DNA of 64,000 nt. Origin: an uncultured Hormoscilla sp. GTDB taxonomy: Bacteria > Cyanobacteriota > Cyanobacteriia > Cyanobacteriales > Desertifilaceae. Position numbers and translations under genes: made by a program. How positions within the stretch are numbered: the stretch's first letter is position 1; each line of letters opens with the position of its first letter. The notes beneath the pieces were generated by a model. The model did not search any database. It saw only the letters and a program-made list of their open reading frames with translations, and had not been told where the DNA came from. Below are positions 10,726 through 25,774 of this stretch, one piece after another. The stretch lies in the NCBI GenBank assembly GCA_963921275.4, contig OZ001293.3, positions 5,760,001 through 5,824,000 of the forward strand, written 5' to 3'.

Positions 10726-11488
10726 TTATTTATCTTTGTTATTTTTGTCCTGCCACCGCTTCCAGAGATAGTTGACTCCGTAGCCCGCCCCCAGCAGCAC
10801 TAGCCCCGGAATGAATTCATAGGGCGCACCCGCACCGTTACTAACACTTGCTCCAAAGGCAGCTTCTCCAGCGGCGACGCTACTTGAAGCTCCGTGATTA
10901 CTCGTGATGTTTAGGTGAACGAATCGAGTTGAGGCGCCGAAAGTAAATGTCTGAGCTGGAATGGGTGCTCCTGGCAGTGTAGCATTAAAGCTTCCCAAGG
11001 AGGTTGTACCGCCATTACCAAAAATGCCATCAGTATCAGCAAGCAGCTCGAAGCTATTTATGCCATCGTTAAAAAAGTTATCAGCATTCCAAAGCGCAAA
11101 TGCCTCTATACTGTGTGCCCAGGTCAAACGTAACTATACCTGTTGTCCTGTCATTGCCTAACCACCCATTGAATTGATTAAGGATAGAGTGAGTTGTGGA
11201 TGATGTATAGGTATTAAAGTCAGTCACTCCACTGGTATAAGATGCTGACAACCCGCTTTGGTTAATCAGGTTGTTTACAGGGAAACCTTCTGGGATATCT
11301 GTACTAACAGAAGAGGGCTGAAGCATCGTTAAGGCGCGAGCGGGCAGTGCTAGGCCAGTGGTAAGCAGTCCTGTTAGTAAGCTGATAGCAGTCAGCTCAA
11401 CCGCCCGCCCTGCTGCCACCGCCAGCGGCACCGGCGCATTGATAGCAGCTAAACCCGCCCAGCCTTTGGTTTTGGGGTCGGGCGGCAC
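10726..11488 (-). pseudogene. Frameshifted secreted protein with PEP/PFE-CTERM-like sorting tail
   Basis: Signal-like LALPARA in the 11081-11488 ORF; C-terminal PYEFIPG + hydrophobic helix + basic tail in the 10726-11127 ORF; frameshift near 11115. Confidence 0.6.
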
Positions 11489-12088
11489 CGGCGAGCTATC
11501 GTGAGGGAGAATACTGAGTTTGGGGTGATGCTTTTAACAGGATTTTCCCTAGTCTTCATGGGTTTATTCATCTCATAACGTTACATATTCAGCCTTGTCC
11601 TCAAATGGTTGCTGGATATAGTTGGTAACTTTTTACTCCTATCCAGTCAAAACCAGGGCGGTTTGACGAGAGGAACTGTACTGGTATTATACAGCATGGG
11701 TCAGGGAAAAGGCAATAGAAATGGTGAGCGGTACAGCTTAAACTATCGATGGGCACCCTACTAACTGGATTAAGCAATTCAAAATTCTTTCTTCAAAATT
11801 AAAAATGGGGAAACAATTTGAGAACAAGAGTCTCAGGTTTTATCTATATGCAATTTAAATGCGCGACAGCTTAAAAGCTGGTGGAAAAACTACTTTTACT
11901 CGGGATTTTTGCAGATATTTATTGATTCTCCTACTAAGTAGATGTAGCTGGACAAGAGAGGAACTGGGATTATACAGCATGGGTCAGGGAAAAGGTAAGG
12001 AAGAACAAGGGACAAGTTAAGAGGTCATAATTCGCAGGAATTACAAACTGGTTTTAACCGCTGAGGAACAACATCTATAAGTAAGAAA

Positions 12089-13945
12089 ATGCTCTTATTC
12101 CGCAATGTAAATTTAGTTTGGGCTTCAATTTTAGCAGAAACATTAAAGCGACTGGGATTGAAAACGGCGATCGCCTGTCCGGGTTCGCGCTCAACCCCCC
12201 TGACGGTAGCTTTTGCCCAAAACCCCCAAATCGAAGCTATTCCAGTGTTGGACGAACGTTCAGCGGCCTTTTTTGCCCTAGGAATTGCCAAGGGAACGGG
12301 ATTGCCAGTAGCATTGGTTTGTACTTCGGGAACGGCGGGTGCGAACTTTTATCCAGCAGCGATCGAGGCACGAGAAAGTCGAGTACCTCTATTGATTTTA
12401 ACAGCTGATCGCCCTCCGGAACTGCGGAACTGCCATGCCGGACAGGCGATCGACCAAGTAAAATTATATGGCAATTACCCGAACTGGCAAGCCGAGTTAG
12501 CATTGCCATCATTAGAAATGGAAATGTTAGCATATCTGCGACAAACAGTAATTCATGCCTGGGAATGTACCCTGTTTCCTACCCCTGGGGTAGTCCATCT
12601 GAATGTACCATTTCGCGACCCCCTCGCCCCCATCCCACAACCAGAAGCAGAAGCATTAAAATCCGAGTTTTCCGAAGTTGATTTCTTCACAGGAATAGCC
12701 AACATCGATCCAACTCTTTTGCCCGCGCAGGCGGGCTTTGTTCCTGTAGCCCCACCCTTGAGGGTGGGGGTGGCTGCGTGCACAGGGCTACGCCTACGCG
12801 ATCGGGGCATAATTATTGCTGGGGTAGCGCAACCGAGGTGGGCGAAAGAGTATGTTTTGGCGATCGCCCATCTTTCGGAAGCATTAAAGTTCCCGGTATT
12901 AGCAGAAGGACTCTCACCTGTGAGGAACTACGCCCATCTGAATCCTAATATAATTTCCACCTACGACATCATTCTGAGAAATGAACAGTTAGCAGAAAAA
13001 CTCGCCCCAGAAATTGTCATCCAGATTGGAAATTTTCCCACCAGCAAGCAACTCCGGGCCTGGTTAACAGGGAAAAAGCCGCCAACTTGGGTCATAGACC
13101 CCAGTCATCACAACCTGGACCCCATTCATGGTCAAGCAATTCACCTGCGCACATCCATAGAAAATCTTTGTGCTACAATTGAGTCAGGTCAGATGGAGAC
13201 TTCCCCTTACCTGGAAGAATGGTCTGATGCGGAAAAGAAGGTGAGAGAGTCCTTAGACCCAACCCTGGCAGAGATAGATTATTTATTTGAAGGCAAAGCA
13301 GCATGGTTACTATCCCAGACCTTGCCCCCAGGAACGCCGATATTTATTGCCAACAGCATGCCAGTCAGGGATGTCGAATATTTCTGGAAACCAAACAACC
13401 TGGAAATCCAACCCTTCTTCAACCGGGGTGCCAATGGCATTGACGGCAGCTTATCTACCGCTTTGGGGATTGCCCATTCGATGTCTCCTGGAAGCGCTAC
13501 ATGCGCTGCGCGCACCGGGCTACGCCTGCGCGATCGCACTACCCAGGAGACATCTCGGCATCAACCCTGTGTTATGCTAACGGGAGACTTGGCCTTATTG
13601 CACGATAGCAATGGTTTTTTGCTCTCGAATAAACTTGTGGGACATTTGACCATAATCTTGATTAATAATCGAGGAGGTGGTATATTTGAGATGCTGCCCA
13701 TCTCCCAATTCGATCCGCCCTTTGAAGAGTTCTTTGCTACGCCCCAGGAGATTGACTTTGCCCAGCTATGTCCTGCTTATAATGTAGAATATGAATTGAT
13801 TGCAGGGTGGGAACAGCTGCAGGAAAGGTTAAATCCATTACCGGAAACAGGGAGGCGGGTGTTAGAGTTGCGGACTTCTAGAAAGGCAGATGCTAAGTGG
13901 CGTAAGGAGAATTTGGAGAAGTTGGCAGCGATGTCTCCGGAGTAG
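12089..13945 (+). CDS. menD: SEPHCHC synthase, with in-frame repeat insertions
   Basis: CPGSRSTPL, DERSAAFFALG, CTSGTA, NRGANGIDG and TGDLA...NNRGGGIF motifs. Confidence 0.95.
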   Translation: MLLFRNVNLVWASILAETLKRLGLKTAIACPGSRSTPLTVAFAQNPQIEAIPVLDERSAAFFALGIAKGTGLPVALVCTSGTAGANFYPAAIEARESRVPLLILTADRPPELRNCHAGQAIDQVKLYGNYPNWQAELALPSLEMEMLAYLRQTVIHAWECTLFPTPGVVHLNVPFRDPLAPIPQPEAEALKSEFSEVDFFTGIANIDPTLLPAQAGFVPVAPPLRVGVAACTGLRLRDRGIIIAGVAQPRWAKEYVLAIAHLSEALKFPVLAEGLSPVRNYAHLNPNIISTYDIILRNEQLAEKLAPEIVIQIGNFPTSKQLRAWLTGKKPPTWVIDPSHHNLDPIHGQAIHLRTSIENLCATIESGQMETSPYLEEWSDAEKKVRESLDPTLAEIDYLFEGKAAWLLSQTLPPGTPIFIANSMPVRDVEYFWKPNNLEIQPFFNRGANGIDGSLSTALGIAHSMSPGSATCAARTGLRLRDRTTQETSRHQPCVMLTGDLALLHDSNGFLLSNKLVGHLTIILINNRGGGIFEMLPISQFDPPFEEFFATPQEIDFAQLCPAYNVEYELIAGWEQLQERLNPLPETGRRVLELRTSRKADAKWRKENLEKLAAMSPE

Positions 13946-14097
13946 TGCGATGCATGTAGTCCTCTCCGGAGATATCGAAAAAGATAGGGTGAACGCAAGG
14001 GAAGTAGAAATTAATTATGGGTATTCTATATCTCGTAGAGCAAATATTGAGTGCGCTCCGATAGCGCTGCCAAACCCGACTTGATGAGAGGGCATTA

Positions 14098-14934
14098 GTG
14101 CGATTCGTTCTAGTCTAACGTGTTCAAACGCGGAACGCTAGCCTAAGAAACTAGTAACTCTGGTATTCATGGGGTTAAATTCCGCCTCCCCAAGTACGGA
14201 GGTAACTCCGGTTGGAGGTGCTGCGAAATAACATCATCGTGGTGCTAAGCGAGAACTTAAATGTAGGATAGCTGGCAGTCTAAGCTGGTGACTCCGCGCT
14301 CGATGATGTCCAAGGTTAGAACAAGCAAACCTATAGAAGCCTCATTACCTCAAACCGGCGAAATAAGGCTTTATGCGCCGGGGACAAAAGTCAGCGTAGT
14401 TAGTGTTAGTCTTTGTTGTTGGCTAACATCGTACTCAAAGAACTACCGGGGTAGAGTAGGGACCTAAAGGCATCGCGCTCCGGAGACCAGGGAACGAAGT
14501 AACCCCTCGTGAGCTGTCCGTGAGGACCAGTCAGATGTGAAGCGTAAGCCACGAGTGGGAGCCCAAGCCTGCCCCCAAGAAGCAAATGCCTGGGGTAATG
14601 CTTAGGATACGCCGACGTGCGGTGAGGGTGGGTGATAGTAGGAAGTCTCAGGTGAAAGTAACTCTAGATACGTTATAAGCCCGTCACTTCGGTGATTGAG
14701 GAATAGATTACTGGTAAAACGGACGCGATAATAGGTGATACTAAAGGTTTTCCGGCAGCGCCACTCACCAACCAGGAAAGGAGCGAAATTGCATGAGATA
14801 AGGGACAAAGGGAGTAATCCAAAAGTTACCTACCAATGACTTGGGCCTACTACCCAGTAGCCGGATGCGGTGAAAGTCGCTCTTTAGGTTCCGAACGGGA
14901 GGGTTCCGAAGCGATTCCCAGCTCGACCCCTAAT
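14098..14934 (+). ncRNA. ORF-less group II intron (IIB-like), domain V partly degenerate
   Basis: 5' GTGCGATTCGTTCTAG; 3' CGACCCCTAAT; colinear homolog of 7171-8040; candidate EBS1 TAATGC (14596-14601) complements the 5' flank GCATTA. Confidence 0.85.
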
Positions 14935-15340
14935 CCGATTCCAGATACCATCACCTCGGGCACCGATCTAAACAATGACGACCTGTTCGGCAACCAAATC
15001 ACCGGCACGATCAACTTACCTCCTACCGACCTCAACCTCAGCAACAGCAGCATTGATGAAAACTTCCCAGAAAATAGCCTCGTGGGGACTTTCTCCACTA
15101 CCGACCCCAACTCGGGAGATAGCTTTACCTACCAGCTAGTCTCCGGCGTTGGTGACGATGATAACGCCGCCTTCACCATAGCAGGGGACCAACTGCTAAT
15201 TAACAGTTATAAGGACTTTGAGACAAAATCGAGTTACAGCATCCTCCTCCAGACTACCGACGCTGCTGGGGCCAGTCACTCGGAGGCCTTGACTATTAAT
15301 GTCAACGATGTTCCCCCCTCTCTTACCGACCTCAACCTCA
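14935..15340 (+). pseudogene. Cadherin-like repeat fragment of a large surface protein
   Basis: PTDLNLSNSSIDEN...DFETKSSYSI...INVND cadherin signature; truncated by the IS110 remnant. Confidence 0.75.
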
Positions 15341-15674
15341 GCAAAGCCACATCGAAAAAATCTTTGGCAATGTCTATACCGAGGGCTGGTAGATTCATAT
15401 GGCCTCTTTTCCTTGACTGGTGATGTTTCCTGAGTTCACTGGTGATGTTAGCAGTTGCGACCGGTGCAGGGTAGAAATGTTTTTCTAGCAACCACCCTTG
15501 TGAATACGAGTTCATCTGTGTTACAGAGACTCCAGATCCCATCCGGTTGTCTAGTAAAAACACGAACGCCGTCGGTGTCTAGATCTGCGCGACAGGTTCA
15601 ATTGACCTCTGGCGGGCTATGGACTTGCCGATAGCTTTCTACCCTGATGTCCCTTCTCTATTCCAACATACAAG
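15339..15674 (-). mobile_element. IS110-family left-end remnant (noncoding end plus about 20 codons of recombinase)
   Basis: ATG at 15398 gives MNLPALGIDIAKDFFDVALL (RuvC-like GID motif of IS110); the end reads CT-TGTAT at 15674. Confidence 0.8.
15465..15650 (-). ncRNA. IS110 bridge RNA (IS621-like)
   Basis: Closing stem CAGGGTAGAAA/TTTCTACCCTG; motifs AACCTGTCGCGCAGAT, AACCGGATGGGATC and CGTATTCACAAGGGTGGTT match the IS621 target- and donor-loop scaffold as I recall it. Confidence 0.75.
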
Positions 15675-15747
15675 GCAAGCTTTGTTCGTGTAGCCTCAGG
15701 CTAAAGCCTGGAGGTGAGGGTGACTGAATGCTGAACGCTAAAGGAAA

Positions 15748-16623
15748 TTATCCCTTAGCTCTTACCAGTGGTAACCCTAAAGTTTCCCGCTGCTCCAGGT
15801 ACAGTTGAGCAACCCGTCGGGCCAAATTGCGAATTCGGCCAATGTAACGAGTCCGTTCTGTCACCGAAATCACCCCTCGCGCATCCAACAAATTAAAGCT
15901 GTGGGAACACTTCAATACATAGTCAAGACTCGGCAACACCAGGCCTCGCTGAGTCAGTTGCTCCGCCTCCTGCTCGTATAGGCCAAACAGAGTAAACAGT
16001 AGATCGGGATTAGATGCCTCAAAGTTATAGGTACTTTGCTCCACCTCTCCCTGGAGGTGAACGTCTCCATAGGTAACGCTGTCAGTCCAGCGAATCTTGG
16101 TGAACGCATCTGTTTCCTGAAGATACATTGTCAGTCGCTCCAGGCCATAGGTGAGTTCAATTGAAACTGGACGACAATCAATCCCGCCGCACTGCTGGAA
16201 GTAGGTAAGTTGGGTAATTTCCATCCCATCAAGCCAGACTTCCCAGCCCACGCCCCAGGCCCCCAAGGTCGGAGACTCCCAGTTATCCTCCACAAACCGG
16301 ATATCATGCTCGGACGGACGCACTCCTAAAGCCCGCAATGATTCCAGATACATCTCTTGGATATTATCTGGTGAAGGCTTAATCAGCACCTGGTACTGGT
16401 AGTAATGTTGATGGCGATTGGGATTTTCCCCGTAACGTCCATCCGTAGGCCGGCGGCAGGGCTCGACATAGGCCACTGACCACGGTTCAGGCCCGATCGC
16501 TCGCAAGAAAGTATGGGGACTCATGGTGCCAGCACCCTTTTCCGTATCGTAGGGCTGGGCGATCAGGCAGCCCCGATCGGCCCAGAACCGGTGCAACGTA
16601 GCAATCACAGACTGAAAATTCAC
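15748..16623 (-). CDS. glyQ: Glycine-tRNA ligase alpha subunit
   Basis: [36 protein letters not shown] and TYGLERL motifs. Confidence 0.97.
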   Translation of the reverse strand: MNFQSVIATLHRFWADRGCLIAQPYDTEKGAGTMSPHTFLRAIGPEPWSVAYVEPCRRPTDGRYGENPNRHQHYYQYQVLIKPSPDNIQEMYLESLRALGVRPSEHDIRFVEDNWESPTLGAWGVGWEVWLDGMEITQLTYFQQCGGIDCRPVSIELTYGLERLTMYLQETDAFTKIRWTDSVTYGDVHLQGEVEQSTYNFEASNPDLLFTLFGLYEQEAEQLTQRGLVLPSLDYVLKCSHSFNLLDARGVISVTERTRYIGRIRNLARRVAQLYLEQRETLGLPLVRAKG

Positions 16624-16738
16624 AGAGATTTAGCCTCCACGAAAAAAAAAATTTATTTTTTTTGAGCCCCAAACCTGCTCTGTGACTAGGTTTCAGAGTA
16701 TAGATCAAAAAAAGTTCCCAAAAAACCTTAAAAAAGGG

Positions 16739-16767
16739 TTGACACTTGGGAATCTAGTTGTTAGATT
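16739..16767 (+). promoter_or_regulatory. rRNA operon sigma70 promoter
   Basis: TTGACA-17 bp-TAGATT with A-rich upstream sequence; boxA-like GAACCTAGAAAA at 16821. Confidence 0.8.
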
Positions 16768-16942
16768 GGAAAAGTGCCCAAAAGAGAGGTCGCCAACAAG
16801 CGGCGCTCCCAAGGCACACCGAACCTAGAAAAGAAAATAGTTTGAAAGCTAAGAAGCTTAAGTACCTCGTCAAAGAAAATTAAGTTTCAGGGGAAACCTA
16901 GGAACTATAGTAAGTCAAAGAGCCGCAAATGGCTTCGGAATT

Positions 16943-18430
<1,488 letters not shown>

Positions 18431-18553
18431 TGAGGGAGACCAACTTGCATCACACCTGTAGCAACAGTAGAATAGGGTGAGGAGGCAAGCAATCCCAGGT
18501 CGGTCGAGGTCAAAAACAGCATTAGCTTTCAAACTAGGTCAGGTTCGGTTCGG

Positions 18554-18627
18554 GGGCTATTAGCTCAGGTGGTCAGAGCGCACCCCTGATAAGGGTGAGG
18601 TCCCTGGTTCAAGTCCAGGATGGCCCA
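18554..18627 (+). tRNA. trnI: tRNA-Ile(GAT)
   Basis: GGGCTATTAGCTCAG...CTGATAA anticodon loop...TGGCCCA in the ITS. Confidence 0.95.
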
Positions 18628-18682
18628 GCTGAAAAAGGCAAAAGGCAAAATTCAAAATTGGCAAATTTTGAATTGAAGAAGT

Positions 18683-18755
18683 GGGGGTATAGCTCAGTTG
18701 GTAGAGCGCTGCTTTTGCAAGGCAGAAGCCAGCGGTTCCAGTCCGCTTACCTCCA
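18683..18755 (+). tRNA. trnA: tRNA-Ala(TGC)
   Basis: GGGGGTATAGCTCAG...TTTGCAA anticodon loop...ACCTCCA. Confidence 0.93.
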
Positions 18756-18914
18756 CTAACATAGGACAGGGGATCCGCTCGTCCTCAGCAAAAGAATTCA
18801 GCAACTCATATGCGCGTGCTCGCAAGTGAGCCTGCTGGATGTACAATCCAGTACAGAACCTTGAAAACTGCATAGCAACAAGCCAGGTAGAGAAATCTAT
18901 CACAGACATAAGCG

Positions 18915-21800
<2,886 letters not shown>

Positions 21801-21867
21801 GGTAAAAATGTCAGATGTGGGTTGTTGCTATGCAGTCTTGAGGGTTCCGACAGACCCAAAAAAGCAT

Positions 21868-21984
21868 TCCTGGTGCTATGGCGCGGTGGAACCACGCCGA
21901 ACCATCCCGAACTCGGAGGTGAAACATCGCAGCGGCGACGATACTCTCGGGGTGACCCGACGGGAAAATAGCTTGGTGCCAGGA
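21868..21984 (+). rRNA. rrf: 5S rRNA
   Basis: TCCTGGTG...CCATCCCGAACTCGGAGGTGAAA...GCCAGGA. Confidence 0.95.
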
Positions 21985-22051
21985 TAATTATTTCCAAAAG
22001 CCCTGCCGAGTATAGCCCGACGGCGTCTGGGAAGGCCGGGGGGATAATTTA

Positions 22052-22924
22052 GGGCGTGTCATCAATTAAGCCATATTACAGCTGCCGCGAGGTAGATGGC
22101 ACCCAAGAAATTGCGAGCGGTTTTATCGTAGCGTGTCGCCAGAGCCCTGTATTGCTTGAGTTTTTGGAATAGATTTTCAATTAGATGCCGCCACTTGTAC
22201 ATTTCTTCATCGTATTCTCTGTGTTCTGTGCGGTTACTTTTTGGAGGAATGACAGCCATCCAATCCGCCTCTTTCAGGCGCTCGAGCACACGTTGTTCCG
22301 CATCATAGGCTTTATCTGCAAGCAGCGCGCCAATCTCACCGATTTTATCCAATAGCACGTCAGCGCCTTTCCCGTCGTGGGCTTGGCCAGGGGTAAGATG
22401 AAATCCTGTGGGATTGCCTTGGGCAATCGCAAGTGGCATGAATCTTTGTCGATAGTCCCCCTTTACTACGGCCTATGGCTTGGGTTTCGCACGTATCTGA
22501 GGGTGTTTTTTTTTGCACCCGCACGCTCGTTGATGGGCACGCAGGATGGTGGCATCAATCGCGGCGTATTCGTTATCGGCGTCTGAGGCCAAGACATCGA
22601 ATACCTGCTTTCAAACTCCCTTTTCAGACCAACGGGTATGGCGGGTATGAACAACCCGAAAATCCCCAAAACACTCCGGTAAATCCCGCCAGGGAATGCC
22701 AGCACGATATCGATATAACACGGCAGAACACGAATAATCTATTGTTCTTGGCTGTAGCGCCTGGGTCACCCTCTTTACCAGGTAAAAGGTGTTCGATCCG
22801 TTCCCACTGGTCGTCTCGCAAGCCATAGCGTCTCATATCATGCCCTCTTGATTGTTATTGCTGGATAAGGACTCCATACCGTATCCATCTATTTCTGTCA
22901 AGCAATTTGATTGATGACACACCC
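22052..22924 (-). mobile_element. IS5-family element (IS427-like), transposase frameshifted
   Basis: TIRs GGGCGTGTCATCAAT / ATTGATGACACACCC flanked by TA; ADKAYD and RHLIENLFQKLKQYR motifs; A9 slippery run near 22507. Confidence 0.85.
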
Positions 22925-23037
22925 TAGGCACAAGGCTCTCTCAATTATCCCTATCCCCCCAAGTGTCACTTGACATGGGTGATATGATATATTATCACGG
23001 TCCGGGGTGCTGGCAAAGGGCAGACTGTTGAGGGAAG

Positions 23038-23199
23038 GCTGATTTCCTGGCAATTGTTCAACATTTCCGAAAATATCTACCTCGTGGCAGTAGTATATAA
23101 ATAAGCTATTCACTAGCTGCTGATTTCCTGGCAATTGTTCAACATTTCCGAAAATATCTACCTCGTGGCAGTAGTATATAAATAAGCTATTCACTAGCT
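23038..23199. repeat. Perfect 81-bp tandem duplication
   Basis: 23038-23118 is identical to 23119-23199. Confidence 0.9.
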
Positions 23200-24129
23200 A
23201 TGGTAGTGGGTCACAAGTAGTGATTTTAGCGCCATCAAAAAAGCGCAGTTCCTGACCCTTCAGATTATCGCAAATTGGCCTCATGATAGTCTCTAATGTT
23301 ATAGAAGTTCTTAACTATAGAGCGCAATATCAGTCTGATAAGGAAGCCTATATCTTTCTCCAAAACGGTGAAACATGCTCAGGGAGTCTTACCTACGGGG
23401 AATTAGACAGACAAGCAAGGGAGATCGCCTCTCATCTCCAATCTTACGAAGGAGAACGGGCTTTAACGTTATATCCTTCGGGATTAGAGTTTATTACGGC
23501 GTTTTTTGGTTGTTTGTATGCTGGGGTGGTGGCGGTTCCAGTTTATCCTCCCAGAGGCAATCAGAAGTTGTATCGGTTGCTTTCTATAGTTAATGATGCT
23601 CAAGCTAAGGTAGCGCTGACAACCACATCAATATTGGGAGACATTGAGAAAAGATGGGAAGAGGAAGCAGAGTTAGCCCAGTTGCAGCTGGTAGCTACAG
23701 ATGCCATTGAAGCTAATGGTCAAGAGTTTGTGCCTAAATCAGTAACACCGGATAGTTTGGCATTTTTGCAGTATACTTTCGGTTCTACGGGAACACCCAA
23801 AGGGCTGATGGTGACTCATGGAAACCTGATGCACAATTCGGAGTGCATTAAGCAAGCATTTGAACTCACATCAGAAAGTATATCTGTGACTTGGTTGCCC
23901 AATTTCTATGATATGGGACTAATTGATGGAGTACTTCAACCTTTGTATTGTATACGGGTTTTATTGGTTACTTAATGCCCCCTATAGCTTTCCTCCAGAA
24001 ACCGATTCGCTGGTTGCAAGCAATTTCCCGATACAAGGCAACTCACTGTGGATGTCCTAATTTCGCTTATGATCTGTTTGTGCTTAAAGTTACTCCCGAA
24101 CAACTGAAAACACTTGATCTTAGTAGTTA

Positions 24130-25141
24130 ACTCAAGTTGCGACCTATAAAAATTGGATACAAAAAGCTATGATAAAGAGAATTATTTTCAACTCTAATCC
24201 CTTAGATGTAACAGCATGAATTGACTTGGGAAACAAATTGGTGATTCGACTAAAACAGGTTTCAACTTGTTTTCTTGTTACTTTTTGTATATATTCAAAA
24301 CAAGAAAATTCTTTTCTTTTTGAGTTCTTTTTTCGCAAAGGTTTTAACATTATACTTGACGACTCTTTTAGTAAATCCTCTAATTGATAATCATTATAAG
24401 CTTTATCTCCATAAACTATTGAATTTGATGGTAAGTCAAAGCCAAAAGATTGCAAAACTTTAACATCATTATAACTACCAGGATCTAGATAAAATTCTAT
24501 TGGCTTTCCATTTTTGTTTACCAACATATGAACTCTTAATCCATAAAAATAACGTTTTTTACTGGCAATATACCCTCGATATTCTTCCTTGTTATAAATT
24601 TGGCATCTATCAATCCTAATATTATCACATACTGGCACCGGGAAACTATCAAGAATATATTCTTGACCCGGATTGAGCTCTTTAAATGTTTGAGCTATAA
24701 CTTGGAAGAAAAACATCCAAATTGGTTCCTCAATATTGTGTAATCGACGATTGAACCTACTTTTACTTAACAGATTTTTTATATACTTGTGTTGGACCAT
24801 AAATTGACAAGAGCGATCGTGGTGTCCTCCGAAAAAATATGCAGCAACTAATCCGACTGTCATCACTTCGGCATTGTTCATTTTTACTTGTGGATCTTCT
24901 TTTATATTTAACGCTTTTAGTAGCTCGTCACAAAGAACAAAAATTGTTGTAATCATATCTTCCATCATCTACATCCCCCAGCAATTAACTATTATTTTAG
25001 TACATTATAACCTATAAACAGCCAACCCGCCATCTAGCACAAAAAAAATATAATTTTGTATCAAAAGCTACGAAATATCCCAAATATCTGTAAAGTCTAA
25101 GTGGGTAATTCATATTTTTTTTAATAGGTCGCAACTTAGGT
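24130..25141 (-). mobile_element. IS982-family element, intact 274-aa transposase (24144-24968)
   Basis: TIRs ACTCAAGTTGCGACC / GGTCGCAACTTAGGT; 6-bp TSD TAGTTA; DSFP, GDKAY and RKQVET motifs. Confidence 0.9.
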
Positions 25142-25774
25142 TAGTTAGTATACAGTTTACAATGGGGCTGAGCCGGTTCGGAACGAAACTCGGAATCTTT
25201 TTGTTGAAAAATTTAAAGATTGCGGTTTCAAAAGCAATTTTTTCTATCCTTGTTACGGAATGGCAGAAGCTACTCTATTTATTTCTGGAGGTTTGAGAAA
25301 ATCTACTCCAATCTTTAAATGGGTACAAGCAGAAGCTTTAGAAGAAAACAAAATAGTAGATGGGACTCCATCTTCACAAGGAAGCAAAGCGTTAGTAGGA
25401 TGTGGTCACAGTTGGTTAGACTATAAAATTGTTATTGGTCATCCAGAGTCTTTTGAACTTTGTGGAGATGGACAAGTAGGAGAGATTTGGGTATCTAGCA
25501 CCAGTGTTACTAAGGGATATTGGAATCGTCCACAACAGACTCAAGAGATTTTTGAGGCATATTTGACAGATGGTTCTGGACCATTTTTACGCACAGGGGA
25601 CTTGGGATTTTTGCAAGATGGTGAGTTATTTGTGACTGGACGACTCAAGGATGTGATAATTATTCGGGGTCGCAATTATTATCCCCAAGATATTGAATTA
25701 ACTGTCGAAAACAGCCATCCTTCTCTAGGAAGCAATTGTAGTGCTGCATTTTCTGTAGAAATAGAAGGAGAGGA

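Noticed and set aside
11668..12000. About 45-bp direct repeat pair (11668 and 11957) upstream of menD
   Set aside because: Real similarity, but no RNA or regulatory structure could be assigned; probably a local duplication with MITE debris
2409..13555. men gene inserts as inteins or introns
   Set aside because: Far too short, with no intein or splice-boundary motifs; they are dispersed DNA palindromes
14836..15423. 195-aa ORF as a real gene
   Set aside because: Chimera of the intron 3' end, a cadherin fragment and antisense IS110 sequence
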